The notes: generated from the sequence alone by a model not told the origin. A stretch of DNA of 64,000 nucleotides from Promethearchaeota archaeon (GCA_048939625.1 JBHLPH010000001.1:64001-128000), one strand, 5' to 3'. Numbered from the stretch's first letter, positions 29,702 through 40,416 are shown. Made by a program: numbers and translations.

Positions 29702-30481
29702 TTAGCCCATTTCGTCAACTTTGGCGAGGAAGTTCAGAACAAGCTGGTTGAATTCTTCTGGATTATCCACCGGTGTCATATGGGAGGCACCTTTCATGAC
29801 AACGAATTCAGCGGATGGCATCCAGCTTTTCAGCTGCTCTGCATGCCACATAGGCACTGTTTGATCTTTTTCACCCTGAATAATGAGAACCGGGGATTTG
29901 ATTTTTTTCAAGTCATCTGCGATGTTAAATCCTGCTGTGGAAATGATAGCTAATCGATAATCAGTCCGATCGACCCGACGAATCATCTCTCGCACATGCT
30001 CCTTTGCCTCCTTATCTGCCAGACGCAAGATTTTCTTGACACCATAGTTACCAAACCAGTTCATGTCATGCTCTGAGATTAAGGTGAGTCGTTCGGTTAT
30101 AGCATCATTAGAAATCATTGCAGCGGAATCCGCGAGAACCAACCCTTTCACAAGTTGGGGATACTTGATAGCGAGGACTTCTGCAACCATTCCCCCCATG
30201 GAGAGTCCGCAAACATGAGTTTGGGAGATATTCAGCTGTTTCAGTAAAGCGTGGAGATCGTCTGCATGAGAGTGAACACGATATTCATATTGAGGCTTTG
30301 TGGATTTACCGAAACCCTTCAAATCAACAGCAATTACATGATATCGGGTGGAAAAAGGTTTAATTTGATATTTCCAACTCGTCAAGTCGCTAAGCAAACC
30401 ATGAATGAGTAATAGGGGAAACCCTTGTCCAGCTTCCTCAAAATAGAGCGTGAGTTCATCGTCTAATTGGACTTTAGGCAT
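29702..30481 (-). CDS. Alpha/beta hydrolase
   Basis: HG oxyanion motif, GLSMGG nucleophile elbow, GEKD, ASH. Confidence 0.92.
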   Translation of the reverse strand: MPKVQLDDELTLYFEEAGQGFPLLLIHGLLSDLTSWKYQIKPFSTRYHVIAVDLKGFGKSTKPQYEYRVHSHADDLHALLKQLNISQTHVCGLSMGGMVAEVLAIKYPQLVKGLVLADSAAMISNDAITERLTLISEHDMNWFGNYGVKKILRLADKEAKEHVREMIRRVDRTDYRLAIISTAGFNIADDLKKIKSPVLIIQGEKDQTVPMWHAEQLKSWMPSAEFVVMKGASHMTPVDNPEEFNQLVLNFLAKVDEMG

Positions 30482-30593
30482 TAAAATCTCCTCTTAGAGA
30501 TTGTTGAGGTGTAAATTGGGGTGTTCTATTCACGCTTATATATCTTAAGCGTACGAAAGAGAACCCACAACACCTTCAATGGAAGTTTGCGTT

Positions 30594-31943
30594 ATGTCAG
30601 ATGAACAACCTTTAGAGAATCAAGTATGGCGTCCTGTTGTCACAGAACGCCGATGGAACTGGGTTGTCTCCGGATTCGTTAATCTCATTTTGATCCTACT
30701 GATTGCCCTCATCATCTGGTGGGTATTAGTCGATCCACGAATTGAATTCAGTGGTGTGCATAACTGGCTCTATACCTGGTATGCCTCAGTCATTGCCGGA
30801 TTTGGAATCCTTGCTGTTGTTGTGCAGATCTGGTTTGATCATTATCCCTACGGACGCTTCAGAGACATCTTCAGTCATGCAATGTGGGGAATCATCATCA
30901 ATATCCTCCTCGTAGCGTTAGCCATCGTCTTCTTCTGGTTTATCGTTGGACCCTTTATGATTCCAATGTTTAGTCCACTTGCACTCATGAACGTGCCAGA
31001 TCCCATCTTCCTAGATCCCGATATGATTGTGTTCCTCTCTGCTAGTGCAATGGGAACAATCCTATCTTGTGGTTTCTCCTTTGCAGCCATCTGGGTCGCA
31101 GGCGGAATGTTCTGGCCTTTCACTGAACTGAAGCCCGTCAAACGAGGATTTGCCGTCTTCACTGTAGCCGCGATTATTACGGCCATCGCCTGGTTCATCC
31201 TCTACTGGCCCTATCAGATTCTGACCGCCGTACCACCCTTACCCTCCGTAGTGACTTGGACTATATGGACTGCGGTCCCAATCTGGGCTCTCTACGACCC
31301 CATCATCGGAGTCACTAATTGGGGGGCATACATTTCACTAAACTTCACACAGTGGATCATTGTATTTGGTCTACTGACCTTGATGACCTATGAGTATGGT
31401 CCGTGGAATCGTCTTGGGAAGCAACCATGGATAGGACTTGGCGCTTTAATCGGCTCTATCGTTCTTGGTGCGCTATTCTCACTCTACCTCATGCCGTATC
31501 TGATTCTACCAACATTGCTTCCTGGGCTTAATGTATCAGGCACCATGTTTGAGTACCACGCTACATCAGTGCAGATTGCTGTCTGGATTTTACTAATGAT
31601 CGTCATCTGGACCTATTACTTCAGTAACAAACCCACCCGATTCCACCCTGCAGTGAATAACCTATTACGCACTTTAGCTATCGTGTTCTTTGCGATTGTC
31701 GCGTATATTCTGTTCTGGTTCATTGCACCTATATTGATTGGCGAGACCGCACTGGTTGCTACGCAGAATCCTGTTCGTTGGGTTCTTTGGCTACTCTGGT
31801 TTATGCTTCTTCACATCTACATAATGAAGCGGTGGCCAGGGTGGAAGATAGTCAGCTTTGCTGAAGGAAAACACCGAAAACCCAAACCGGAATCCGAACC
31901 TCAACCTGAAGCGGAAGAGATGCCAGAATCTGGATTCGAATAA
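30594..31943 (+). CDS. Polytopic membrane protein, putative amine/amino-acid transporter
   Basis: About 11-12 TM; DPR, recurring YPY/WPF/GPW motifs and C-terminal WPGWK, recalled from a family annotated as AAT-type transporters. Confidence 0.65.
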   Translation: MSDEQPLENQVWRPVVTERRWNWVVSGFVNLILILLIALIIWWVLVDPRIEFSGVHNWLYTWYASVIAGFGILAVVVQIWFDHYPYGRFRDIFSHAMWGIIINILLVALAIVFFWFIVGPFMIPMFSPLALMNVPDPIFLDPDMIVFLSASAMGTILSCGFSFAAIWVAGGMFWPFTELKPVKRGFAVFTVAAIITAIAWFILYWPYQILTAVPPLPSVVTWTIWTAVPIWALYDPIIGVTNWGAYISLNFTQWIIVFGLLTLMTYEYGPWNRLGKQPWIGLGALIGSIVLGALFSLYLMPYLILPTLLPGLNVSGTMFEYHATSVQIAVWILLMIVIWTYYFSNKPTRFHPAVNNLLRTLAIVFFAIVAYILFWFIAPILIGETALVATQNPVRWVLWLLWFMLLHIYIMKRWPGWKIVSFAEGKHRKPKPESEPQPEAEEMPESGFE

Positions 31944-31950
31944 ATCCTAT

Positions 31951-31992
31951 AGAGAAGGGACGTACTGCTCCTTCTCTCCCCCTTTCTTTTTA
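31951..31992 (+). terminator. Hairpin plus pyrimidine tract between convergent genes
   Basis: AGAGAAGGGA-cgtactgc-TCCTTCTCT followed by a C/T run. Confidence 0.5.
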
Positions 31993-31996
31993 TAAA

Positions 31997-32596
31997 TTAT
32001 ATAACACCAATCATTGTGCCTACACCAAGTATGGCGAGAGCGATGAAAACAATACCTAAGAGATCACCAACGGTGGTGGTGAGTGGGGGAATAATGCTAT
32101 CGGGGTCACGACCAGAGCGGTAGACCAGTCGCGCCGTGAATAAGCCAATTAGGCTTGTTACAAGTGTGGCCAATACTCCGGCAGCTACTATAGCACCGAA
32201 TAAATGGGGAAACCCAAAGTAATGGATCACCAGTATACCTGTTATTGTCTGAAAGCCAATCGTTATTCCAATTACGCATAGGCCCAGGAAAGCATAAGCA
32301 GTTGCGGAGACGAGGAGAATGGCAAGCAGATTACTAAGGAGCAGGCGATATGGTCGGAAGCCTTTGTCGAGTTCACCTGTGTAGAGATGACTTGTGACGC
32401 GTGCACCAACCACTCCTGCAAGGTCCCCGGTTATGTCAATGAAAGCAGGCACCATGAGGAGGATAAATGGAAAAATAATCCGTAGTCCTTCAATGGCACT
32501 GTCTAAGAATTGTCCGGCCGCAAGGGCGAAGACTAAAACTACCACTAGGACTGGGAGGCTTTCGGTGAGGATTTTTCGGACAGTGTATTCAACCAT
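31997..32596 (-). CDS. MgtE/SLC41 membrane-domain divalent cation transporter (half 2)
   Basis: PAFIDITGD and DPDSIIPPLTTTVGD; start MVEYT after GAGGTGA SD. Confidence 0.85.
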   Translation of the reverse strand: MVEYTVRKILTESLPVLVVVLVFALAAGQFLDSAIEGLRIIFPFILLMVPAFIDITGDLAGVVGARVTSHLYTGELDKGFRPYRLLLSNLLAILLVSATAYAFLGLCVIGITIGFQTITGILVIHYFGFPHLFGAIVAAGVLATLVTSLIGLFTARLVYRSGRDPDSIIPPLTTTVGDLLGIVFIALAILGVGTMIGVI

Positions 32597-32606
32597 TATC
32601 TTCACC

Positions 32607-33245
32607 TCAGGATAGGAGTGGTGGTAGTGGAAATACAATGAGTGCCACTGAGATGGCAATGAGTAGACAGGCGATGGTAATGATGTCACCAATTGCAGCC
32701 ACAAGGGGAATGGTGATGTTGTCAGGGTCAAGACCCCGTGCATGGGCAAGTAGTGAGACGGTTACAGTAATAGTTACTTGAAATACACTTGCTAGCAGAG
32801 CGGTGACTAATGCGATTGTGAGAAAGTGGGATAAGTTGAGAGGGATTCCGTCTCGGGGAGCGATTCCTTGTATAAAGACTGAGACGAGCCATGCGCCAAC
32901 TCCTAATGCTGTAGACATAATGAGAACAAGGTAAAAGGCGGCTTTGATGTTGGCACGAAGTGGCTGGTTTAGGCCTTGTTTCCATGAAATTGTGCCTAGA
33001 TGAGTACCCGAGCCTAGGCGTTGGGCGAGACTAGTTGAGATATTGCCCCGTAATTGCATTAGACCTGGAATGAGTATGAAAAGACCGATAAGGCTGTGGG
33101 TAGCAATATCAAGCTGCCAAAGAAGAAAGCCAGCAAATAGCTCCGCTAGGACGGTGAAGAGTAAGACGGGCATCGCTTCGCGGTAGACCCGCCAGATTAG
33201 AGTACGCTCTAGTGAGCGGCCGTTGGCCATCCCCATCGTCATCAC
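32607..33245 (-). CDS. MgtE/SLC41 membrane-domain divalent cation transporter (half 1)
   Basis: PGLMQLRGNI and GLDPDNITIPLVAAIGD. Confidence 0.88.
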   Translation of the reverse strand: MMTMGMANGRSLERTLIWRVYREAMPVLLFTVLAELFAGFLLWQLDIATHSLIGLFILIPGLMQLRGNISTSLAQRLGSGTHLGTISWKQGLNQPLRANIKAAFYLVLIMSTALGVGAWLVSVFIQGIAPRDGIPLNLSHFLTIALVTALLASVFQVTITVTVSLLAHARGLDPDNITIPLVAAIGDIITIACLLIAISVALIVFPLPPLLS

Positions 33246-33424
33246 CTTGCGAACTAGTGGAGGTCGGCGTAGTCTGGCATTGGGCAGGTCGGTTGTAGAT
33301 TGTCATTAGATGGTCACCCTTTTGGAGCTTTGTATTACGCGCCAAGAATTTAGGCACGCTTAACGGCTTACCTTGATTAACTCAATAAATATGTTTCGAC
33401 TGAAACACAGCGTGTTTTGAGGTG

Positions 33425-34855
33425 TTAAAGGGATAGAAGATATTGATGAATATTCCGTGCAGCAATTTTTCCTTCGCCTGCTGCGGCAATAACGGTGCCT
33501 TCGCCTCCAGTGATGTCGCCTGCCGCCCACACATGGGCGATGGAGGTTTCAAGAGATTCAGGATCAACAATGACATCACCCAATCGGTCACACTCTAATC
33601 CCGGGGTACAACTAGGCACCGAAGGATTGGCACTAGCGCCTATGGCAAAAATAACTGTATCGACAGAAATTTCGAATTCTGATCCTTCAATGGGTTCTGG
33701 TCGACAGCGCCCACTCTCATCGGGTTCGCCAAGGCAATTGCGAAGACATTTCATCACTTTAACACGCCCTTGCTCATCGCCCAGTAATTCAATGGGCTGG
33801 GTCAGGAACTGGAACTCAACCCCTTCTTCCTGAGCGTGATGGTATTCTTCTCGGCGAACAGGCATTTCATTTTCAGACCGACGATAAACGATGTAGACCT
33901 TTGTGGCTCCGAGTCGTAAAGCGGTACGGGCACTGTCCATAGCGGCGTTCCCCCCACCAATAACTGCAACGACTTTCCCTCGAATAATTGGTGTATCAAA
34001 AACAGGGAATTGATAGGCACGCATGAGGTTGACTCGTGTCAAGAATTCATTGCTGCTGTAGCTTCCAACAAGGTTCACTCCAGGAACACGGAGAAAACGT
34101 GGAAGTCCTGCCCCAGAAGCAAGTAGAATGGCTTTGTAGCCTTTTTTGAAAAGGTCATCAAAGGAATATAATTGACCAATAAATGCATTCAATTGAAACT
34201 CGACACCCAATTGTTTCAAGTAATCAACTTCTGCCTTGACAATTGCCTTGGGAAGTCGAAACTCAGGAATGCCATAAACCAAGACGCCACCTGGTTCATG
34301 TAGACTTTCAAAAACGGTGACTTGGTGACCGAGTAGCGCCAAATCACCAGCGGCAGTAAGACCAGCAGGACCACTCCCCACAATGGCTACTTTATGACCA
34401 GTGGGTCTAGGAAGTTGGGGAACCTCAACACCATGCTCGCGTTCCCAATCAGCCAAGAACCGCTCAATGCGACCGATTTCAATGGCATTCCCCTTCTTAC
34501 TGAGAATGCAAGCAGCTTGACATTGAGCTTCTTGAGGGCAAACCCGACCACATATGGCAGGAAGACTGTTCTTTTCCTTGATGATGAGAATAGCCTTCTG
34601 ATAATCACGATTTCGGACCGCTTCTAAGAATCGATTAATTTCAATCTCAACGGGGCATCCACTCACACACTTTGGGTTCTTGCATGCCATGCACCGTTCC
34701 ACTTCTTGAAGTACCTGGTCTTCGCTGTACCCCAAATTAACCTCGTCGAAATTCCGAATACGTATCTTCGGGTCTTGTTCGGGCATTTCCGGGGGCTCAA
34801 TGAGCCAAGGTTTCGGTCGCTCTCTTTTTGCATCTTTGGATTTTCTTGGTGACAT
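33425..34855 (-). CDS. nfnB: NfnB / SudA (GltD-like) large subunit of electron-bifurcating transhydrogenase
   Basis: RCMACKNPKCVSGCPV, CGRVCPQE.QC, GSGPAG, YGIPEFRLPK, GGGNAAMD, YRRS. Confidence 0.88.
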   Translation of the reverse strand: MSPRKSKDAKRERPKPWLIEPPEMPEQDPKIRIRNFDEVNLGYSEDQVLQEVERCMACKNPKCVSGCPVEIEINRFLEAVRNRDYQKAILIIKEKNSLPAICGRVCPQEAQCQAACILSKKGNAIEIGRIERFLADWEREHGVEVPQLPRPTGHKVAIVGSGPAGLTAAGDLALLGHQVTVFESLHEPGGVLVYGIPEFRLPKAIVKAEVDYLKQLGVEFQLNAFIGQLYSFDDLFKKGYKAILLASGAGLPRFLRVPGVNLVGSYSSNEFLTRVNLMRAYQFPVFDTPIIRGKVVAVIGGGNAAMDSARTALRLGATKVYIVYRRSENEMPVRREEYHHAQEEGVEFQFLTQPIELLGDEQGRVKVMKCLRNCLGEPDESGRCRPEPIEGSEFEISVDTVIFAIGASANPSVPSCTPGLECDRLGDVIVDPESLETSIAHVWAAGDITGGEGTVIAAAGEGKIAARNIHQYLLSL

Positions 34856-34943
34856 GGTCAAACCCTCATGTGATGAACCCGGTCACCGAGGGAGCACTTG
34901 CAACAGAATTAAAGCCTTCCGCAAATACAGCGTTGTTCCCGTG

Positions 34944-36797
34944 CTATTTTTTCACCTGCCAAAGATCTTTTGATATGTCTGGCAGATTTAGCTTCAGTAA
35001 GAGCTCGTTAGTAGGCTTCCCAGTCTTTGAATCCCATTGGCTAGTTTTGTAGAATTGTTGCAACTGCTCGTGTAGACTCGGTATTTTGCCTTCATTGGCT
35101 CCGGTTGTGAATGGTTTATTCAGTCCTTTAGGAAGGCAATCATCGGAGGCTGTGATGCCACAGCGAATATTGAACGCCCGTTTCACTGTCATAGTTCGTT
35201 CACCGATTTCCAATAGTTGTATTGGATTGAGAGTGCGGCCTGTTGCTGCATTATAGAGTTTTGTGACGAGAGTCGGTTCAAGGAGGGCAAGTTGACAGAG
35301 AGTCAGCGAATTAAAAAGCGATCGCCAATTTCTGAGTTTCGCGACAGAGGTTCCTTGGTTTTGGTCATTATGCCGATCTCCTGATTTAATTTCATATTCT
35401 GGAATCTCGACTCCCATATCAACAGTATGGATGTCACCTTGCATATGTGAGGCACCAATGGGAGAAACGGCATAAGTGGTGGCTAATCCAAAAAAGGCGC
35501 GAGGGTCGTGCATAGGAAGTTCTAGCCCCTTCACATGATAGGCCAAGTCGGGAGCTCCGATGGTTTCGGCTGCTCGTTGAACCCCTTCCGCTAGTATATC
35601 ACCTAATCCTTGCCGATGGACAATCAATTCAATGAGGTTCAATATGGTATTGCCGTTACCAAACTCCAAGTTCAATGAAGCACTCAAATTACTTGGGAGC
35701 TTTCCAGCTTCGTTGGCAGCAAAACTGAAAGCAATTACATTACCGCATGAAATCGTATCTAAACCATACAGATTACAGAGATGATTCGCTTGGCAAAGTA
35801 TAGGAAGATTATCGACCTGACATAAAGTTCCGAAAGCCGCAACGGTTTCGTACTCAGGACCTGCAATATTGTCTAATTTTACATCTCCTTCATCAATTGT
35901 GATGATAGGGCCACAGCCAATAGGGCAGGCATGACAACGGAATTGTCCAGACCGATATTGTTTCAGAGCTGCTGCGTTGATGCTAGAAATGTCCATAAAT
36001 GGTTCAGAAAAGTAGCGAACAGGCATATCGTTGAATAAGTTCATCAGCATATCGGCACCATACAAAGTCCCGTTAGCACCTAGAAAGGGAGCAAGTCCTT
36101 CAAGGAGCTGATATGCCGTTTTGACATGTTCACGAAAGGTATCCGGATCGGCAAGTTCTGGTTTTTGGGACCCGTGAACACTTATGGCTTTGAGTCGTTT
36201 CGCTCCCAGGACTGCACCGGCTCCAGCTCGTGCACTAGCACGTCCCATATCATTCATGACAGCTGCAAATCTTACTCGATTCTCGCCCGCAGGGCCAATT
36301 GAGAGAACGCGAATCTTTGAATCGCCTACATCAGCTTTAATGAGCTCTTCCGTTGTAAAGCTATCCTTACCCCAGAGATGGTCTGCAGAAACCAAGGAGG
36401 CATTCTCATCGTTAATCTGTAGGAATACTGGGGTTTCAGCTGCACCCGTCACGAGAATACCATCAAGACCCGCTTGACGTAATTCTGCTCCAAAGTACCC
36501 CCCTCCTGTTGATTCACCCCAAATACCAGTCAACGCCGATTTCGTACAGATTGCGTGCCGACCTGTGCATGGAGCACCGGTAGCAGTTAAGGGTCCAGTG
36601 AAAATGGCGACTTCATTCTGTGGGTGAAAGGGATCGAGGTCTTCGATAGGAAGGCGATCATAAAGTAGTCGGCTGGCATAACCAGCTCCACCAATGAAGT
36701 CATGAACATACTTCTGATTGATAGATTTTCGTTTAGCGATTCCTTTTGTTAGATCAACAAAGAGAAACTTGCCCATGTACCCAGGCAGAGAAGTCAA
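34944..36797 (-). CDS. aor: Tungsten aldehyde:ferredoxin oxidoreductase family protein
   Basis: IGPAGE, GAKRLKAI, CHACPIGC, GPEYET, GLDTIS, VKGLELPMHDPR. Confidence 0.92.
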   Translation of the reverse strand: MTSLPGYMGKFLFVDLTKGIAKRKSINQKYVHDFIGGAGYASRLLYDRLPIEDLDPFHPQNEVAIFTGPLTATGAPCTGRHAICTKSALTGIWGESTGGGYFGAELRQAGLDGILVTGAAETPVFLQINDENASLVSADHLWGKDSFTTEELIKADVGDSKIRVLSIGPAGENRVRFAAVMNDMGRASARAGAGAVLGAKRLKAISVHGSQKPELADPDTFREHVKTAYQLLEGLAPFLGANGTLYGADMLMNLFNDMPVRYFSEPFMDISSINAAALKQYRSGQFRCHACPIGCGPIITIDEGDVKLDNIAGPEYETVAAFGTLCQVDNLPILCQANHLCNLYGLDTISCGNVIAFSFAANEAGKLPSNLSASLNLEFGNGNTILNLIELIVHRQGLGDILAEGVQRAAETIGAPDLAYHVKGLELPMHDPRAFFGLATTYAVSPIGASHMQGDIHTVDMGVEIPEYEIKSGDRHNDQNQGTSVAKLRNWRSLFNSLTLCQLALLEPTLVTKLYNAATGRTLNPIQLLEIGERTMTVKRAFNIRCGITASDDCLPKGLNKPFTTGANEGKIPSLHEQLQQFYKTSQWDSKTGKPTNELLLKLNLPDISKDLWQVKK

Positions 36798-36801
36798 TTA
36801 A

Positions 36802-37476
36802 TCACCGTTTCTTCATCCGCTTCATAAGATCAAACATCTGCGCTTGGGTTTCAACCGCATCAGGAGGGATGGTGGTCAGCTGCTTATTACCACCTGCTGC
36901 AGCTGACGCTAGCAAATAAATATGGGCAACACGCTCGAGCAGAAGTGCATTATGGAGTGCCACTTCCATCGTGGGTCCGCAACACAAAGCACCATGATTC
37001 GCAAGGAAGACAGCATTCCGTGGACCTAAAGCTTCCACCACGTTTTTAGCTAGTTCCTCACTTCCAGGCATACCATAATTGGCTACCTCAACTTGACCTC
37101 CAAGACGAATCACGAATTCATCAACAATGGGTGGAAGAGGTTCTTGGAGCACGGCCAAAGCTGACGCATAAATACAGTGAGTATGAACAATGGCGTTTAC
37201 GTCAGGTCTTGCTTTATAGATCGCAAGATGTAGGGGATGTTCGATGGATGGATTTCGATCGCCTTCGATGATTTCACCGTCCATATCGATGATCATTACA
37301 TCTTCAGCACTCATGCACGAATAGTCAACGCTACTTGGTGTAATAGCAATTTGGCCAGTCCCTTCGATGCGATAACTGGCGTTGCCTGAGCTACCGATGA
37401 CCAGTTCTGCTGCTTGCATATTCTGACAGGTAGACAGAACTTGGGTTTTTGCCTCCTTTGTTTTGTTCGAAGTCAT
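36802..37476 (-). CDS. Class II aldolase (L-fuculose-phosphate aldolase-like)
   Basis: SSGNAS, ITPS, PSIEHPLH, VHTH, LANHG; start MTSNK. Confidence 0.9.
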   Translation of the reverse strand: MTSNKTKEAKTQVLSTCQNMQAAELVIGSSGNASYRIEGTGQIAITPSSVDYSCMSAEDVMIIDMDGEIIEGDRNPSIEHPLHLAIYKARPDVNAIVHTHCIYASALAVLQEPLPPIVDEFVIRLGGQVEVANYGMPGSEELAKNVVEALGPRNAVFLANHGALCCGPTMEVALHNALLLERVAHIYLLASAAAGGNKQLTTIPPDAVETQAQMFDLMKRMKKR

Positions 37477-37505
37477 AGTAATTCCCTTAACACAATGGCT
37501 TGACA

Positions 37506-39035
37506 CTATAAATTTACAGATTGGTTGTATAATGTCTGCCATCTGGTGAAATAGGTTGTGTACTGATTATGAATGTCCTCTCGTGGCACTAAATCAGGTC
37601 GCAACTTCACCATCCGGCGCATCGCAGTTGTCAACGATTCATAGACTCCAGTAGCAGTTGCTGCACAAATAGCCGCACCTAAACTTGATGCCTCTGTCAC
37701 TTGCCCGCTTCGAATGATCAAACCGGTCACATCAGCCAGTAATTGCCGCCAAAAGTCGCTTCGAGTCAACCCGCCAGCAACAACACAGGTCTCGACCTGG
37801 CAATTCGCCAAGTTCTGAATCCGCTCGATATTCGTGCGAGCTGCAAAACAAATATTCTCAAATAAAGCCCGTGAAATTTCTCTGATTGAAGTCGGTGTAA
37901 CAACGGGTGAGGTAGGCGGAGGAAAAAGGAAGAATGATGGCCGAACTGTTGTCATGTCACTAGCATCCATGATTTGAGGTCCAAGTAAAGCGATAGTATC
38001 ATTTGAGCCCACAGGAGCTTGGGCAGCTAGAGCTTCAACCTGCTTGAATGTCTGCTCTGTGAGTCCTGTTAACTCGGAACTAAGAGGAGCGATGAAATTT
38101 GTTATAAACCACTTGAGAACTGAACCAGTTGGTCCTGAATTCGCTTCAAGAACCCATTTTTCTGGAAAGAGGAAACGTCCAGTCCAAAGCCGATAATTTG
38201 GATCGATTAATAGTTCAGACGTTACTAATTGAATCGGTCCGGTGTTCCCCGCTACAAACCCAATATCTCCGGATTCAATTGCACCGGATCCGAGAAGTGC
38301 ACATTGTGTATCTGCTCCTCCAATGCCCACCTGAGATGTCCTTGATAATCCAGTACTTTTACATGCAGCAGATGTGACCTGACCAACTAATGTGCCTGAG
38401 TCTGAAATGTCAGGTAATAACTCGCTTGATAATTCTGCCATTTCTAAGATTTCAGGTGCCCATTGAGAGGACCGAATATCCATTAACTGTGTGTTGGAAG
38501 CCTGTGTCGGATCTGTGGTAACCTCTCCTGTGAATTGATAGACTAGCCAGTCACTAATTGATAAGGCATGGCGGATTTTCGAAAACAGACCAGGCTTTTC
38601 GCGTTTAAACCAAAGTAACCGGCACAGTGAATACAGGAGGGGCGGCCAGCACCCTGTAGGCGGACAAGATTCCTCTAAACCTTTTTTAACGGAATCCTGC
38701 GTGAAGACTCCACGGGCATCAAGGTTCGGCCCCGCATAAATTACTTCGCCGTACTTATCGAGAAATACTGCACCATGCCGTTGACTGGTTGGGGCGATAC
38801 CGACGATATCTTTGGGTTGAGAATTCGCTTCTTTGATAGCCAAAGGAATCATTTCGCAAATCATATTCCATACCGCTGGTGCATCGAATTCCTTCCCGAT
38901 GCCAAAAAGACCCTCAGCATCTACGTATTGGATTGACTGAAATTGTCGAGCAAGCGCTATCCCTTCTTGTGAAAATACCATGCATTTGATACCTGAGGTA
39001 CCAAAGTCAATTGTCAGAAAGTGCGACTTGGACAT
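37506..39035 (-). CDS. FGGY carbohydrate kinase (LsrK/YoaC-like)
   Basis: IDFGTSGIK, TSQRHG, PNLDARG, GGADTQCA, AGG, EASSLGAA. Confidence 0.9.
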   Translation of the reverse strand: MSKSHFLTIDFGTSGIKCMVFSQEGIALARQFQSIQYVDAEGLFGIGKEFDAPAVWNMICEMIPLAIKEANSQPKDIVGIAPTSQRHGAVFLDKYGEVIYAGPNLDARGVFTQDSVKKGLEESCPPTGCWPPLLYSLCRLLWFKREKPGLFSKIRHALSISDWLVYQFTGEVTTDPTQASNTQLMDIRSSQWAPEILEMAELSSELLPDISDSGTLVGQVTSAACKSTGLSRTSQVGIGGADTQCALLGSGAIESGDIGFVAGNTGPIQLVTSELLIDPNYRLWTGRFLFPEKWVLEANSGPTGSVLKWFITNFIAPLSSELTGLTEQTFKQVEALAAQAPVGSNDTIALLGPQIMDASDMTTVRPSFFLFPPPTSPVVTPTSIREISRALFENICFAARTNIERIQNLANCQVETCVVAGGLTRSDFWRQLLADVTGLIIRSGQVTEASSLGAAICAATATGVYESLTTAMRRMVKLRPDLVPREDIHNQYTTYFTRWQTLYNQSVNL

Positions 39036-39053
39036 ACGAGCCTCTCATTTTTC

Positions 39054-40070
39054 TTATTTGAAAACATCAGGGTTTGCCAAGTATTTGGGCGTTTCTCCCC
39101 TTAAGAACCGGTCAATATCCTTGGCTAGAATCATGGATTGTCGATACACCACATCCTCGGTGTTACCTCCAATATGGGGAGTTACAGTGACATTGTCAAA
39201 TTGAAGGAACCGGTTATCAGATCCAACGGGTTCCCGTGAGTGGACATCAAGCCCGGCTCCGCCAATGGTACCCGCCTGAATGGCGTCAAAGAGAGCACCT
39301 TCATCAATTATGGCAGACCGTGCCGTATTGATCAAATGCGCAGTGGGCTTCATCCAAGCCAGCTGCTCCTTTCCTATCATTCTAAAAGTTTCAGGGGTTG
39401 CCCGAGTGTGAAGCGTGACAAAATCGGATTCCTGCAAGAGAGTCTCCAAATCGACCTTCTCTGCGTCCACCTTCTTGCCTTGTTTGGAATTAACATAGGG
39501 ATCCGTAAAGAGAACTCGACAACCGAAACCCTGAAGACGTTTAGCCACCTGCATCCCAATTTGACCTAATCCAACAATTCCAACTGTACTCCGTCCAAGT
39601 TCCCGCCCCTTTAATGAATCATGGAGAGTTGCAAAGTCTTCAGCACTATCAATTGAAACCGCCCCAGATTTAAGAAGACGATCAGCAGGAATTAGTTTTC
39701 GTGCTTGAGCAAGAATCAGAAGTATCGTCAAATCAGCAACTGATTCAGCATTACGTCCGGGAGCATAAAACACTGGAACACCGTGAGCAGACGCCGCTTC
39801 AAGGTCCACTTCTTTTGGATTATCACGAGCACTGCCGATGAACTTCAGAGAAATGCCTTCGAAGACTTCTTCCGTGACAGCATCAGCTTCAACAATAGCT
39901 GCATCGGCTTTCGTGACTTTCAGTTTTTCTAGGAGTTCTTCGCCCCAAAGGACTTGCCCAGTAGTTCGCCAATCTTCGTAAATTACAGTCCCATGCTTTC
40001 TTAACAGATTTAGTCCATCCTCATGGAATGAGGCAGTAATGAAAATTCTCATACTCCTTCGAATCATCAA
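39054..40070 (-). CDS. D-isomer-specific 2-hydroxyacid dehydrogenase (SerA/YoaD-like)
   Basis: PGRNAESVAD, GLGQIG, INTAR, LDV, TPHIGG. Confidence 0.9.
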   Translation of the reverse strand: MMIRRSMRIFITASFHEDGLNLLRKHGTVIYEDWRTTGQVLWGEELLEKLKVTKADAAIVEADAVTEEVFEGISLKFIGSARDNPKEVDLEAASAHGVPVFYAPGRNAESVADLTILLILAQARKLIPADRLLKSGAVSIDSAEDFATLHDSLKGRELGRSTVGIVGLGQIGMQVAKRLQGFGCRVLFTDPYVNSKQGKKVDAEKVDLETLLQESDFVTLHTRATPETFRMIGKEQLAWMKPTAHLINTARSAIIDEGALFDAIQAGTIGGAGLDVHSREPVGSDNRFLQFDNVTVTPHIGGNTEDVVYRQSMILAKDIDRFLRGETPKYLANPDVFK

Positions 40071-40080
40071 GGCAGTTAAG

Positions 40081-40416
40081 CTACATAAGGATTTGGAGTT
40101 TGAGAAGGTCAGTCATGCTCCCTTTGGCCTTCAATTTGCCAACCGAATAAGCATCCAGTGGGCTAAGGCTTCCCTGCATGATTCCAACAAGTGTTCCACT
40201 ATCAGTTGTTACCAGTAGGTTTGGTTTCTCCAATTTTCCTTCCGAAAAAGGATCCATGACACCCTCATGGATGCGTGTATGAAAACTAGTTTCAAGATCT
40301 GTGAACTGAAACTGGAGCGTGCGATCAAACCCTTCGAACTTGGATTTCATATCCTGAGCAACAAATTTTTCTCTTACACCCTCAAGAACTTGTAATACCT
40401 CGTCTTTGGTAGCCAT
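40081..40416 (-). CDS. SCP2 sterol/lipid-binding domain protein
   Basis: LSPLDAYSVGKLKAKGSMTDLLKL signature. Confidence 0.85.
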   Translation of the reverse strand: MATKDEVLQVLEGVREKFVAQDMKSKFEGFDRTLQFQFTDLETSFHTRIHEGVMDPFSEGKLEKPNLLVTTDSGTLVGIMQGSLSPLDAYSVGKLKAKGSMTDLLKLQILM

